Shown one piece after another: positions 1 to 7,935 of a stretch of 28,645 nucleotides of DNA. This DNA is from a virus (lineage: Duplodnaviria; Caudoviricetes). The notes under the pieces are model-generated. The model did no database searches. It was not told where the DNA came from and worked only from the letters and a program-made list of their open reading frames with translations. A program made the position numbers and the translations under genes. Position 1 is the first letter of the stretch; every line of letters begins with the position of its first letter. The stretch is taken from positions 1-28,645 of the IMG/VR virus record IMGVR_UViG_3300037499_000324, one strand, 5' to 3'.

Positions 1-1
1 A

Positions 2-241
2 GCGAAGATCCTGAAGGCCCTCGCCCAGGCGGGCCCCACCGGAGCGAGCACGAGGGAACTGCAACGGGCCCTCTTCGCCCCGGCCGACCCGGCGTGGAAC
101 AAGGTGCCTACCCGCCTCAAACTCCTCGCCACCCTCGGCCTGGCGAAACGGTGGACAGAGACGAGGGCGGAGGCCGGCCAGCACTTCCTCGTCTACGAGA
201 TCACCGCCGCCGGCACCGACGCCGCGAGGGACGACCAGTGA
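2..241 (+). CDS. Partial (5'-truncated) winged-helix DNA-binding protein
   Basis: My translation of frame 2: AKILKALAQAGPTGASTRELQRALF...VPTRLKLLATLGLAKR...VYEITAAG*. The helix-helix-wing pattern ending in YxITxxG is wHTH-like. The TGA overlaps the next GTG (GTGA at 238-241). Confidence 0.6.
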   Translation, partial: AKILKALAQAGPTGASTRELQRALFAPADPAWNKVPTRLKLLATLGLAKRWTETRAEAGQHFLVYEITAAGTDAARDDQ

Positions 242-723
242 GCGACCGGGCCCTCACCCTCCACCAGCCGTGGGCGCAACTCATCCGCGACGGCCGCAAG
301 CTCGTGGAGACGAGAAGCTGGCACACCGCCTACCGGGGCCCGCTCAGCATCCACGCCGGCAAGACCGTCCACCGGGCCGCCGCCCACGAATTCGGCTACC
401 ACCCCGACGCCCTCAACGTCGGCGCCCACATCGCCATCACGACCCTCGCCGCCTGCATCCCCACCGAGAGCATCCACTGGGACGACCTCGACGGCGAGTA
501 CGGCCTCGCAGAGCACCACGCCTGGCGCCGGGTGATCAAGGGGCCGCTTCCCCTCGACTACGACGCTACCGACGACGCGAGGTGGGAGACCATCGTGGAC
601 AGCGACCAGATCGGAATGGGCGACTTCACCGCCGGCCGGTACGCCTGGCTCCTCACCGTGCCCGAGCAGATCGACCCGGTGCGAGCCCGAGGACGCCAGG
701 GCCTGTGGAGGGTCGAGGCGTGA
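238..723 (+). CDS. ASCH domain protein
   Basis: ALTLHQPWAQLIRDGRKLVETRSWHTAYRGPLSIHAGK is the ASCH GxKxxExR signature, and the C-terminus reads ARGRQGLW. Start reassigned to the coupled GTG at 238. Confidence 0.9.
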   Translation: MSDRALTLHQPWAQLIRDGRKLVETRSWHTAYRGPLSIHAGKTVHRAAAHEFGYHPDALNVGAHIAITTLAACIPTESIHWDDLDGEYGLAEHHAWRRVIKGPLPLDYDATDDARWETIVDSDQIGMGDFTAGRYAWLLTVPEQIDPVRARGRQGLWRVEA

Positions 724-1199
724 GCGGCCATGCCATCGAGGAGGGCCCCTACCGCTACTACCTGCGGCGAGCCTGGGGCGCAGACCTGGACCGCCTCGCC
801 TGGATCATGCTCAACCCGAGCACCGCCGACGCCACGACCGACGACCCGACCATCCGCCGGTGCATCCGCTTCACCCAACGGGAGGGGTACGCCGGCATGA
901 TCGTCGTCAACCTCTTCGCCCTCCGCGCCACGAACCCCGCCGGCCTCCACGACCACCAGGACCCCGTCGGACCCCGCAACCGACGCATCGTCGACGGCGC
1001 CCTCCACAGAGCAGACGCCGCCGTCGCCGCCTGGGGAGCGACCGTCGACCGCCACCCGGCCGCCGGACCAGAACGAGACTACGCCCTCGCAGTCGCAGCC
1101 CGCCACCACCGCATCGTCTACGACCTCGGCACGACGAAGGCCGGCCACCCCCGCCACCCACTGTACGTGGCGGCCGACACGCCCCTCCACGCCACATGA
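720..1199 (+). CDS. DUF1643 family protein
   Basis: Motifs YRYYLRRAW, IMLNPSTAD..DDPTIRRC, VNLFALRATNP, AAWG and TKAGHPRHPLY. GTG start overlaps the previous stop. Confidence 0.9.
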   Translation: MSGHAIEEGPYRYYLRRAWGADLDRLAWIMLNPSTADATTDDPTIRRCIRFTQREGYAGMIVVNLFALRATNPAGLHDHQDPVGPRNRRIVDGALHRADAAVAAWGATVDRHPAAGPERDYALAVAARHHRIVYDLGTTKAGHPRHPLYVAADTPLHAT

Positions 1200-1435
1200 A
1201 GTGCCGCAGCTGCCCGACCGACATCCACTGGGTGAAAAGCGCCACGACCGGCAAGCCAGCCCCGATCGAAACGAGGGAACACCCCGACGGGAACATCACC
1301 ATCCGGGACGGCCGCTACCACGTGCTCACCGGCGTCGAACTCGAGGCCGCCCGCAACGACCCCGACGAGCCGCTCCACCTCAACCACTTCGCCACCTGCC
1401 CGAAGGCGGCCCGACACAAGAAAGCACCAGCATGA
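1196..1435 (+). CDS. Small Cys/His (Zn-binding) phage protein
   Basis: MKCRSCPTDIHWVKS...HFATCP (CxxC...HxxxC); ATGA coupling on both sides. Confidence 0.75.
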   Translation: MKCRSCPTDIHWVKSATTGKPAPIETREHPDGNITIRDGRYHVLTGVELEAARNDPDEPLHLNHFATCPKAARHKKAPA

Positions 1436-2940
1436 GCCCGACCCCAGCGAAACCCATTTCGGCGACGAAAGACGTCCGCCTCGACACCCTCACCCCCCAC
1501 CCGGAGAACCCGCGGCGGGCAGACACGACCGCCCTCCGGGAGAGCCTCGCCCGGTTCGGCCAGTACCGGCCGATCGTCGTCCAGAAGGCCACGAACCACA
1601 TCATCGCCGGGAACCACACCGCCCGAGCCGCAGCCGAGGAAGGCTGGACGACCGTCAAAGCGACCATCATCGACGTCGACGACGCCACCGCCCGAGCCAT
1701 CCTCGTCGCCGACAACCGCCTCGCCGACCTCGGCACCTACGAACAGGCCGACCTCACCACCCTCCTCCGCACCATCGACCGGGAGGGCGGCCTCGGAGGC
1801 ACCGGCTACACCACCCAGGACCTCGCCGACCTCCTCGCCCCCACCCGAGCGGCGAGCAAACCCCTCACCGACAGCTTCCTCGTCCCCCCCTTCTCCGTCC
1901 TCGACAGCCGCCAGGGATACTGGAGGAGCCGCAAAGCCGAATGGACCGCCCTCGGCATCCGGTCAGAACTCGGCCGAGAAGGCGACCTCGCAATGGCGTC
2001 GCTCAGCGGCCGGGTGCCCGACTACTACGACCAGAAGCGGACCATCGAGGCGTACCTCGGCAGGACCGTCCCCAACCCCGAATTCGAGGAACGCTACCTC
2101 CGCCTCCCCGACAACGAGTCGACGATGGGCGCCACCGGCACCTCGATCTTCGACCCCGTCCTCACCGAAGTCGCCCTCCGCTGGTTCGCCCCCACCGGCG
2201 GCCACATCCTCGACCCGTTCGCCGGCGGCAGCGTCCGAGGCGTCGTCGCCAGCCTCCTCGGCCACACGTACACCGGCGTCGACCTCAGCGAGGCACAGAA
2301 CCAGGCGAACCGAGACCAGTGGACCGCCATCGACGCCGCCCTCCGAGGAGACAGCGGCCCCCCACCGACATGGGTCACCGGAGACGCCGCCACCGACATC
2401 CCCGACGAGCCCGCCGACATGATCCTGACCTGCCCCCCATACTTCGACCTGGAGAAGTACAGCGACGACCCCGCCGACCTGAGCAACATGACCTGGCCCG
2501 CCTTCCGCAAAGCCTACGAGACCGCCATCCAAGCCGCCCTCGCCCGACTGAAGAACCACCGGTTCGCCGTCTGGGTCGTCAGCGACGTCCGGGACAAGGC
2601 CGGCCACTACCGGGGACTCACCGCCGAAACCGTCCGCATCTTCCAGAAGGCCGGCGCCCACCTCTACAACGAGGCGATCCTCGTCACCCCCACCGGGTCG
2701 CTGGCGGTCACCGCAGGCAAACAGATGAAGGCGGGACGGAAGCTGGGCCGCCAACACCAGAACGTCCTCATCTTCGGGAAGGGCGAAGGGCCCATCGCCG
2801 AGGCCGTAGAACGCGACTTCACCGAGGCGTGGCGGCTGGGCCGCAACCACGACAACATCCTCGTCTTCGCGAAGGGCGACGGCCGCAAAGCCGCCGACCA
2901 ACTGCCCGACATCAACGTCGACGACCTCCCCCAACTATGA
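1432..2940 (+). CDS. ParB/Srx-like N-terminal domain fused to an amino (N6-A/N4-C) DNA methyltransferase
   Basis: The N-terminus LTPHPENPRR...SLARFGQYRPIVV...IIAGNHT...ADNR is ParB_N-like. The C-terminus has SAM motif ILDPFAGGS followed by catalytic-type TCPPY. ATG at 1432 is coupled to the upstream stop. Confidence 0.85.
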   Translation: MSPTPAKPISATKDVRLDTLTPHPENPRRADTTALRESLARFGQYRPIVVQKATNHIIAGNHTARAAAEEGWTTVKATIIDVDDATARAILVADNRLADLGTYEQADLTTLLRTIDREGGLGGTGYTTQDLADLLAPTRAASKPLTDSFLVPPFSVLDSRQGYWRSRKAEWTALGIRSELGREGDLAMASLSGRVPDYYDQKRTIEAYLGRTVPNPEFEERYLRLPDNESTMGATGTSIFDPVLTEVALRWFAPTGGHILDPFAGGSVRGVVASLLGHTYTGVDLSEAQNQANRDQWTAIDAALRGDSGPPPTWVTGDAATDIPDEPADMILTCPPYFDLEKYSDDPADLSNMTWPAFRKAYETAIQAALARLKNHRFAVWVVSDVRDKAGHYRGLTAETVRIFQKAGAHLYNEAILVTPTGSLAVTAGKQMKAGRKLGRQHQNVLIFGKGEGPIAEAVERDFTEAWRLGRNHDNILVFAKGDGRKAADQLPDINVDDLPQL

Positions 2941-3218
2941 GCCCGCCCATCCCCCCGGCCGGCGACATGAACCTGCCCTACGAGAGCCAGGACGAAACCC
3001 ACCTCGACGACACGTTCTTCGTCAGCGCCGGCGTCGTCATCATGGCCGCCACGAGCGAAGGCCAGGCCGCCCTCGTCCTCCGCTTCGCCCACGCCGACGG
3101 CAGCGGCTTCGCCCACCCCGTCCTCCTCATCCTGAAAGACCACGAAATGGCCGCCCTCGTCCCCCTCGTGGAGAAGGCCACCAGCGACGCCATCAACGCC
3201 GCGAGGAGGCAACGATGA
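2937..3218 (+). CDS. Hypothetical protein
   Basis: MSPPIPPAGDM...; ATGA overlap; typical codon usage. Confidence 0.7.
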   Translation: MSPPIPPAGDMNLPYESQDETHLDDTFFVSAGVVIMAATSEGQAALVLRFAHADGSGFAHPVLLILKDHEMAALVPLVEKATSDAINAARRQR

Positions 3219-3445
3219 TCCCCGGCCCCGTCCCCCGCCACCGCCTCGACGACCTCCGCACCCGCCTCGCCGTCTACGCCTACGAGCTCACCGAACCCGA
3301 GGACGGCGACGAATTCGGCATCCACCCGGGACGGCCCGCCATCCTCACCGACCAGGCCCTCGACGACCTCCAAGACATCGTCGACGACTACCGACGCCGC
3401 CACCACTACCGCCAAGTCGATACGATCGCGACAGCCAAGACATGA
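3215..3445 (+). CDS. Hypothetical protein
   Basis: SD GAGGAGG upstream, ATGA overlap, typical codon usage. Confidence 0.75.
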   Translation: MIPGPVPRHRLDDLRTRLAVYAYELTEPEDGDEFGIHPGRPAILTDQALDDLQDIVDDYRRRHHYRQVDTIATAKT

Positions 3446-3792
3446 CACCCGAGACCCGCCACCACATCCTCGCCCTCTGCGACCGCCTCAGCGACACCTG
3501 CGGAGTCCAATGGGACCGAGGCACAAACCCGGACGGACAGTACGCCCTCTACGGCTGGATCGCCCGGCCCGGCGACGCCCGCGACTTCGTCGTCCTCCAG
3601 TTCGGACCCGAAGACGACGGCGGAGCCTGGATCGGCTGGGTCACGTCGAGCGCCGAGCACTCGCCACACATCCACACAGCAGCCCAGCAGGCCCCGTTCA
3701 CCACCTACGGCTCCGACCGCCACGCCGACATCGCATGCCAGCCCATCCGCGACCTCTTCCCCGTCCGCGACGTCACCCCCTGGCAGGAATGA
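3442..3792 (+). CDS. Hypothetical protein
   Basis: ATGA overlaps at both ends; typical codon usage. Confidence 0.75.
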   Translation: MTPETRHHILALCDRLSDTCGVQWDRGTNPDGQYALYGWIARPGDARDFVVLQFGPEDDGGAWIGWVTSSAEHSPHIHTAAQQAPFTTYGSDRHADIACQPIRDLFPVRDVTPWQE

Positions 3793-3965
3793 CCGACCAG
3801 CGCCCCCTCCCCGACTGCACCCGCTGCGGCCAACCCATCGAAGGCCCCCGCACACCAGGAGCAGCCCTCCTCGACCCAGAAACCGACACGTGGGCCTGCG
3901 GCCACTGCGCCACCACCACCGAACACTCCACCCACCTCCGCCGCCTCCTCAACCAACATGGCTAA
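3789..3965 (+). CDS. Small zinc-ribbon protein
   Basis: MTDQRPLPDCTRC...WACGHC (2x CxxC); ATGA coupling. Confidence 0.65.
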   Translation: MTDQRPLPDCTRCGQPIEGPRTPGAALLDPETDTWACGHCATTTEHSTHLRRLLNQHG

Positions 3966-4515
3966 AACCGGCAGACCCCCCAAATTCACCCCCGCCCTCG
4001 GCGACCTCATCGTCACCCTCATCGAAGGCGGCGTCCCCCGCGACCACGCAGCCCGAGCCGCCGGCATCGCCCCCAGCACCTTCTACAAGTGGCTCGCAGC
4101 CGGCCGCAACGAAACCGACATCGACCCCACCGCCCACACCGCCGCCGAACTCCGCCAAATCGCCGCAGACCGCAACGTCGACATCACCGGAGCCCGCCGC
4201 AAAGCCGACATCGCCGCCAACCTCAACGCCGCCCAAACCCCCTTCTCGGAGTTTGCAGAGCGCGTAGACCAGGCCGCCAGCCGGTTCCTCGCCAGCGCCA
4301 TCGGCAAGATGCGCGAAGCCGGAGACGGCGACTGGCGCATGTGGGACCGCCTCCTCGAACGCCGGTTCCCCGAACTCCGCCTCGGCTACAACCCCGACGC
4401 CGCCGACGCCGCAGCGAACACCGACGACATGGTCGGCACCGAGGAGGACGCCCAGCGGGCCCTGGAGCGAGGCACAGACATCCGAGTCAAGATGCTGGAG
4501 GCCAGGACCGGATGA
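3958..4515 (+). CDS. terS: Probable terminase small subunit (HTH) with inserted Rho-N/HeH-like motif
   Basis: GRPPKFTP...AARAAGIAPSTFYKWL HTH, then FSEFAERVDQA...DWRMWDRLLERRFPE, a pattern typical of HTH-type TerS-like proteins. Lies upstream of TerL. Confidence 0.6.
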   Translation: MAKTGRPPKFTPALGDLIVTLIEGGVPRDHAARAAGIAPSTFYKWLAAGRNETDIDPTAHTAAELRQIAADRNVDITGARRKADIAANLNAAQTPFSEFAERVDQAASRFLASAIGKMREAGDGDWRMWDRLLERRFPELRLGYNPDAADAAANTDDMVGTEEDAQRALERGTDIRVKMLEARTG

Positions 4516-4715
4516 CCCCGAAACGCGGCACCCGAGCAGAGGGCGTGAGGAGCCGGGTGGCCCGCACCGCCGCCGAACGGGTCACCCGCAGCCCGGGCCG
4601 GCCCGGCTGGACGACCGTCCGCCAACACGGCGACGCCTGGCTCGAACACGACGCCTGCGGCCGCACCTTCTTCCAGGCGACCGACCAGCGGGCCCACGAG
4701 AAGACCTGCACGTGA
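4512..4715 (+). CDS. Small basic protein with possible Zn finger
   Basis: HDACGRTF...RAHEKTC; coupled start and stop. Confidence 0.6.
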   Translation: MTPKRGTRAEGVRSRVARTAAERVTRSPGRPGWTTVRQHGDAWLEHDACGRTFFQATDQRAHEKTCT

Positions 4716-5455
4716 TCGCCGTCAGCCGCCACCAGGGCACCCTCGTCGTCCGCGACGACCTCACGCCGGGAGGGACGAAAACCCGGGCCATCGCCACCCT
4801 CCTCGAGGACACCGCCGACGACGTCGCCTACGCCGGCCCCGCCTACGGCTACGCCCAGGTCGCCCTCGCCGTCGGAGCCCGAGCGGCCGGCAAGACCGCC
4901 CACGTGTTCGTGGCCAGGAGGAAACACCGCCACCCGAGAACCCTGGAAGCCAGCGACGCAGGAGCCCGCATCCACGAACTCGCCCCCGGCTACCTGAGCC
5001 AACTGCAACACCACGCCCGAACCTGGGCCGAAGCGAACGGAGCAACCGTCCTCCCCTTCGGCTTCGACACCCCCGCCTTCGCCGAAGCCCTCGCCGCCGA
5101 CATCAGCGACGACCTGAGAAGCCTCCCCGACCCGCCAGCCGACGACGCCGACCTCGCCGAACGGGTCACGACCCTCACCCGCCCACGCGAGGTGTGGGTG
5201 GCAGCGGGCAGCGGCACCATCAGCCGAGCCCTGCAACGAGTCTGGCCGGAGGCGGAACACCACGCCGTAGCCGTCGGCAAGACCGTCGCGAACCCGGGAC
5301 GAGCCACCCTCCACGAGGCGCCGGAACGGTTCGAGGACGACGCCCGCCAGCCGCCCCCCTACCCGAGCACCAGCAACTACGACGCCAAAGTCTGGCAGTT
5401 CGTCGCCCACCGGCCCGACCCGGCCGGCCGCCTCGTCTGGAACGTCGCCGGCTGA
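4712..5455 (+). CDS. PLP-dependent enzyme, fold type II (Trp synthase beta/ACC deaminase-like superfamily)
   Basis: VRDDLTPGGTKTR (Schiff-base Lys motif), VWVAAGSGT (phosphate-binding Gly loop), YDAKVW, and C-terminal LVWNVAG. Confidence 0.8.
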   Translation: MIAVSRHQGTLVVRDDLTPGGTKTRAIATLLEDTADDVAYAGPAYGYAQVALAVGARAAGKTAHVFVARRKHRHPRTLEASDAGARIHELAPGYLSQLQHHARTWAEANGATVLPFGFDTPAFAEALAADISDDLRSLPDPPADDADLAERVTTLTRPREVWVAAGSGTISRALQRVWPEAEHHAVAVGKTVANPGRATLHEAPERFEDDARQPPPYPSTSNYDAKVWQFVAHRPDPAGRLVWNVAG

Positions 5456-5468
5456 TACCATCCCGAGC

Positions 5469-5560
5469 CGGGCCGGCCCAAGTGGCGACTGACACCGCCC
5501 GCGCCTTGACCGGAGGACCCCTCGGGGACGTCGCCTCCGAGTGCAACCAGGGCCGGCCCG
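5469..5560 (+). ncRNA. Candidate structured small RNA
   Basis: An extended -10 (TGA-TACCAT, 5453-5461) lies 7 nt before an 11-bp closing stem (5469-5479/5550-5560) with internal hairpins. No family recognised. Confidence 0.35.
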
Positions 5561-5565
5561 CCGGC

Positions 5566-5606
5566 TTCCGGTTTCAGCCCCCTCCCGGAGGCGCACAAAA
5601 CCGGAA
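5566..5606. terminator. Long hairpin, putative terminator
   Basis: TTCCGGTTT (5566-5574) pairs with AAACCGGAA (5598-5606), enclosing CCTCC/GGAGG. No + strand U-tract. Confidence 0.4.
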
Positions 5607-5680
5607 ACCCACCCGCCCCCAACCCCCCGCCGCTACGCTGGACCCCCACAACGGGAGCCACGAGAAGGGAGCCTCCTCCA

Positions 5681-6160
5681 ATGAGCAAAACGCTCACCCC
5701 GTACCAGGGCATCGCCACCCTGGGCAGCACCGTCAGCATCCGCAACACCGGCGACGGCCTCAGCCACGCCATGAAGGTCGACCCCGTCGAACTCAAAATC
5801 GGCAGCAAGGTCTACGTCGTCCTCGAATGCGAAGTGGAGAAGCACCGCCACGAGGCAGCCATCGCCGACGCCCCCACCGCCGGCCTGACCCTCGTCAACA
5901 TGCTCAAAGCCGGCCGGGCCACCCTCGTCGACGCCGAGCTCGTCGCCACCGCCCTCGACGAGCAGACGAAACGCCTGGAGGAGGCCGAGGGCGTCCAACG
6001 CCTCCCCGGCACCGACGAGGCCGACATTGCCAAGAAACCGAGCGGCATGACCGACGAGGAGTGGGAGGCGAGCGCCGGCCAGACCGACGCCACCATCACC
6101 GACCTCGGCGAGGCGAAAGCGAAGACCCGAGGCGGCCGCCCGGGGAAGGCCGACAAGTGA
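5681..6160 (+). CDS. Hypothetical protein
   Basis: SD GAAGGGAG upstream, TACGCT -10-like box at 5634, typical codon usage. Confidence 0.8.
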   Translation: MSKTLTPYQGIATLGSTVSIRNTGDGLSHAMKVDPVELKIGSKVYVVLECEVEKHRHEAAIADAPTAGLTLVNMLKAGRATLVDAELVATALDEQTKRLEEAEGVQRLPGTDEADIAKKPSGMTDEEWEASAGQTDATITDLGEAKAKTRGGRPGKADK

Positions 6161-6486
6161 GCCTCAACCTCGCCGAGCAGGTCCGCTGGCTCCGCAGCGA
6201 GCACCACACCCTCAGCATGATGAAGGACCGGGTCGACCGGGCAGCGGAGGAGAAGGGCGACACCGACCACAACCCGGCGTACAGCCGGCGCAACAGGACC
6301 AGCCTCTACGACCTCAGCGACGCCCTCGCCGCCGCCCGGGACCAGGCCGAGGCGACCCTGGACCGCATCGCCCCCCACTGGGACGACCCGCCCGAGGACG
6401 CCACCCGACCCCTCAACGTGAGGGACCCGAACAGCCTCCACGACACCGACACCGACGCCAGCGACCGGCGAGGCCGGGCAGGATGA
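6157..6486 (+). CDS. Hypothetical protein
   Basis: GTGA-coupled start (MSLNLAEQVRWL...). Confidence 0.7.
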   Translation: MSLNLAEQVRWLRSEHHTLSMMKDRVDRAAEEKGDTDHNPAYSRRNRTSLYDLSDALAAARDQAEATLDRIAPHWDDPPEDATRPLNVRDPNSLHDTDTDASDRRGRAG

Positions 6487-7286
6487 AACAACGCTTCGGA
6501 CTGCGCATCGACGGCACCGCCCTCGACGAGTTCGCACGGACGATCACACCAGCCCCCGGGGCCTGGGGAGGAGACACCATGAGCAACATCGACATCGAAC
6601 ACACAGCCCTGAGGCGCATCAACCAGATCGCCCACAACGCCACCGGCGACAACGCCGCCGCCATGAGCCACCACGACACGACCGACCGTCTGATCGAGGA
6701 CGCCGCCCACCAGGCGGCCCACCAGGCGGAGATCCGCACCACCGAACGCCTCCGCCACCTTCGAGACGTCGTGGAGGCCCACCAGGCCCGAGACGACGCC
6801 CGAGGACGCCTCGCCTACCTGGAGCGAGGGATCATCGAGGCCGGCCCGGGAGCAGCGGAGATCGCCCACGAGCGAGCCCGCCAGCAGCAGGAGGAGGGCT
6901 ACCACCCGATCAACGATCTCCACGACCACAAGGCGGGCGACCTCGCCGCCGCCGGCGTGGCCTACCTGGCCGCAGCGCTGGCGGCCTACGACCACGAGCG
7001 CCTCCCCACCGACTGGGCGGAGGCCAGGAACATGCCCCACCCCGAATTGTGGCCGTGGGCCGAGGAGCACTGGAAGCCGAGCGACGACCCGCGACGCAAC
7101 CTGGAGAAGGCCGGCGCCCTCATCGCCGCAGAGATCGACCGCCTCGACCTCGATCGGGCCCAGGCCCACCTCGCCGCGGAGGACCCGATGCCGCCCACCG
7201 CCGGCGACATCATGGAGGCGATCCTCGACGACGCCTACCAGAACCGGGCCACCCGCCGCCGGGTCAGGGACAACCCGCAGGCCTAA
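6483..7286 (+). CDS. Conserved phage protein of unknown function (alternative start 6579)
   Basis: Contains the recurrent phage motif EIAHERARQ..EEGY...WPWAEEHWKP...RRNLEKAGALIAAEIDRL. SD GGAGGAG precedes ATG 6579. Confidence 0.8.
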   Translation: MKQRFGLRIDGTALDEFARTITPAPGAWGGDTMSNIDIEHTALRRINQIAHNATGDNAAAMSHHDTTDRLIEDAAHQAAHQAEIRTTERLRHLRDVVEAHQARDDARGRLAYLERGIIEAGPGAAEIAHERARQQQEEGYHPINDLHDHKAGDLAAAGVAYLAAALAAYDHERLPTDWAEARNMPHPELWPWAEEHWKPSDDPRRNLEKAGALIAAEIDRLDLDRAQAHLAAEDPMPPTAGDIMEAILDDAYQNRATRRRVRDNPQA

Positions 7287-7294
7287 GCCAACAC

Positions 7295-7495
7295 GTGCCC
7301 GGCTGCAACCACCCGGAGAAGGAACGCTACGCCGACAAGGCCGACGCCCTGACGGCATGGCGGGCGCTCCGCCGGGCCGACCAGCAGCAGGGCCGGCGAG
7401 GGAAACGCCGCAAAGCGAAGGACGTCACCCCGTACAGGTGCCGGGCGGGCCACTGGCACCTCGGCCGACGACCCCGCAAGATGCGAGAACTGTGA
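7295..7495 (+). CDS. Small basic phage protein (C..K.RY...Y.C..GHWHL type)
   Basis: CNHPEKERYADKADA...PYRCRAGHWHL; the stop overlaps the next GTG. Confidence 0.7.
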   Translation: MPGCNHPEKERYADKADALTAWRALRRADQQQGRRGKRRKAKDVTPYRCRAGHWHLGRRPRKMREL

Positions 7496-7833
7496 CCAGC
7501 CTGCCGCCGCTCACCGAGGCGCAACTCCAGGAGAAGACCACCGCCCTCGCGCACGCCCGCGGGTGGCTCGTCCACCACGACCGGCCGGCCCCCGACCCCC
7601 GGCAGGGCGGAGCACTCCGCACCGTCATCGACGGCGACAAAGGCTTTCCCGACCTCGTCCTCGCCCGAGGCGGCCGCATCATCATCGCCGAGCTCAAGAG
7701 CGAGAAGGGCCGCACCAGCCAGCAGCAGGAGCAGTGGCTCGACGCCCTCGGCGTCAACACGTACCCCAGCACGGTCACCGTCACCGTATGGAGGCCCCGA
7801 GACTGGCCGGACATCGAACGGGCCCTACGCTGA
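7492..7833 (+). CDS. VRR-NUC domain nuclease (PD-(D/E)xK)
   Basis: TEAQLQ...GFPDLVL...IIIAELKSEKGRTSQQQEQWLDAL...VWRPRDW. Confidence 0.88.
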   Translation: MTSLPPLTEAQLQEKTTALAHARGWLVHHDRPAPDPRQGGALRTVIDGDKGFPDLVLARGGRIIIAELKSEKGRTSQQQEQWLDALGVNTYPSTVTVTVWRPRDWPDIERALR

Positions 7834-7838
7834 GGGCC

Positions 7839-7934
7839 ATGCGCGCCATTCTCGCGGCCGTCGCCATCGCAGCAGCCGCCCTGACCATCGGCTACCTCCG
7901 CATCCTCCTCCGCCACCACACGTGGGACGAGTGA
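7839..7934 (+). CDS. Small membrane peptide
   Basis: MRAILAAVAIAAAALTIGYLRILLRHHTWDE has one hydrophobic helix and fills the gap before TerL. Confidence 0.5.
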   Translation: MRAILAAVAIAAAALTIGYLRILLRHHTWDE

Positions 7935-7935
7935 C

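Noticed and set aside
94-237. Upstream extensions of ORF-track calls (94, 270, 860, 1201, 1941, 13664 etc.)
   Set aside because: They overlap real upstream genes. True starts are the coupled ATGA/GTGA or SD/leaderless starts given in the features.
1432-1830. ParB-N domain as the cognate binder of the parS sites
   Set aside because: Only the N-terminal ParB/Srx-like domain is present, fused to an MTase, and no parS-binding HTH is evident.
5469-5560. Possible tRNA, hammerhead or SAM riboswitch
   Set aside because: No TTCGA T-loop or cloverleaf, no CUGANGA/GAAA core, and GCAACC alone lacks the rest of the SAM-I/IV consensus. Kept only as an unclassified candidate.
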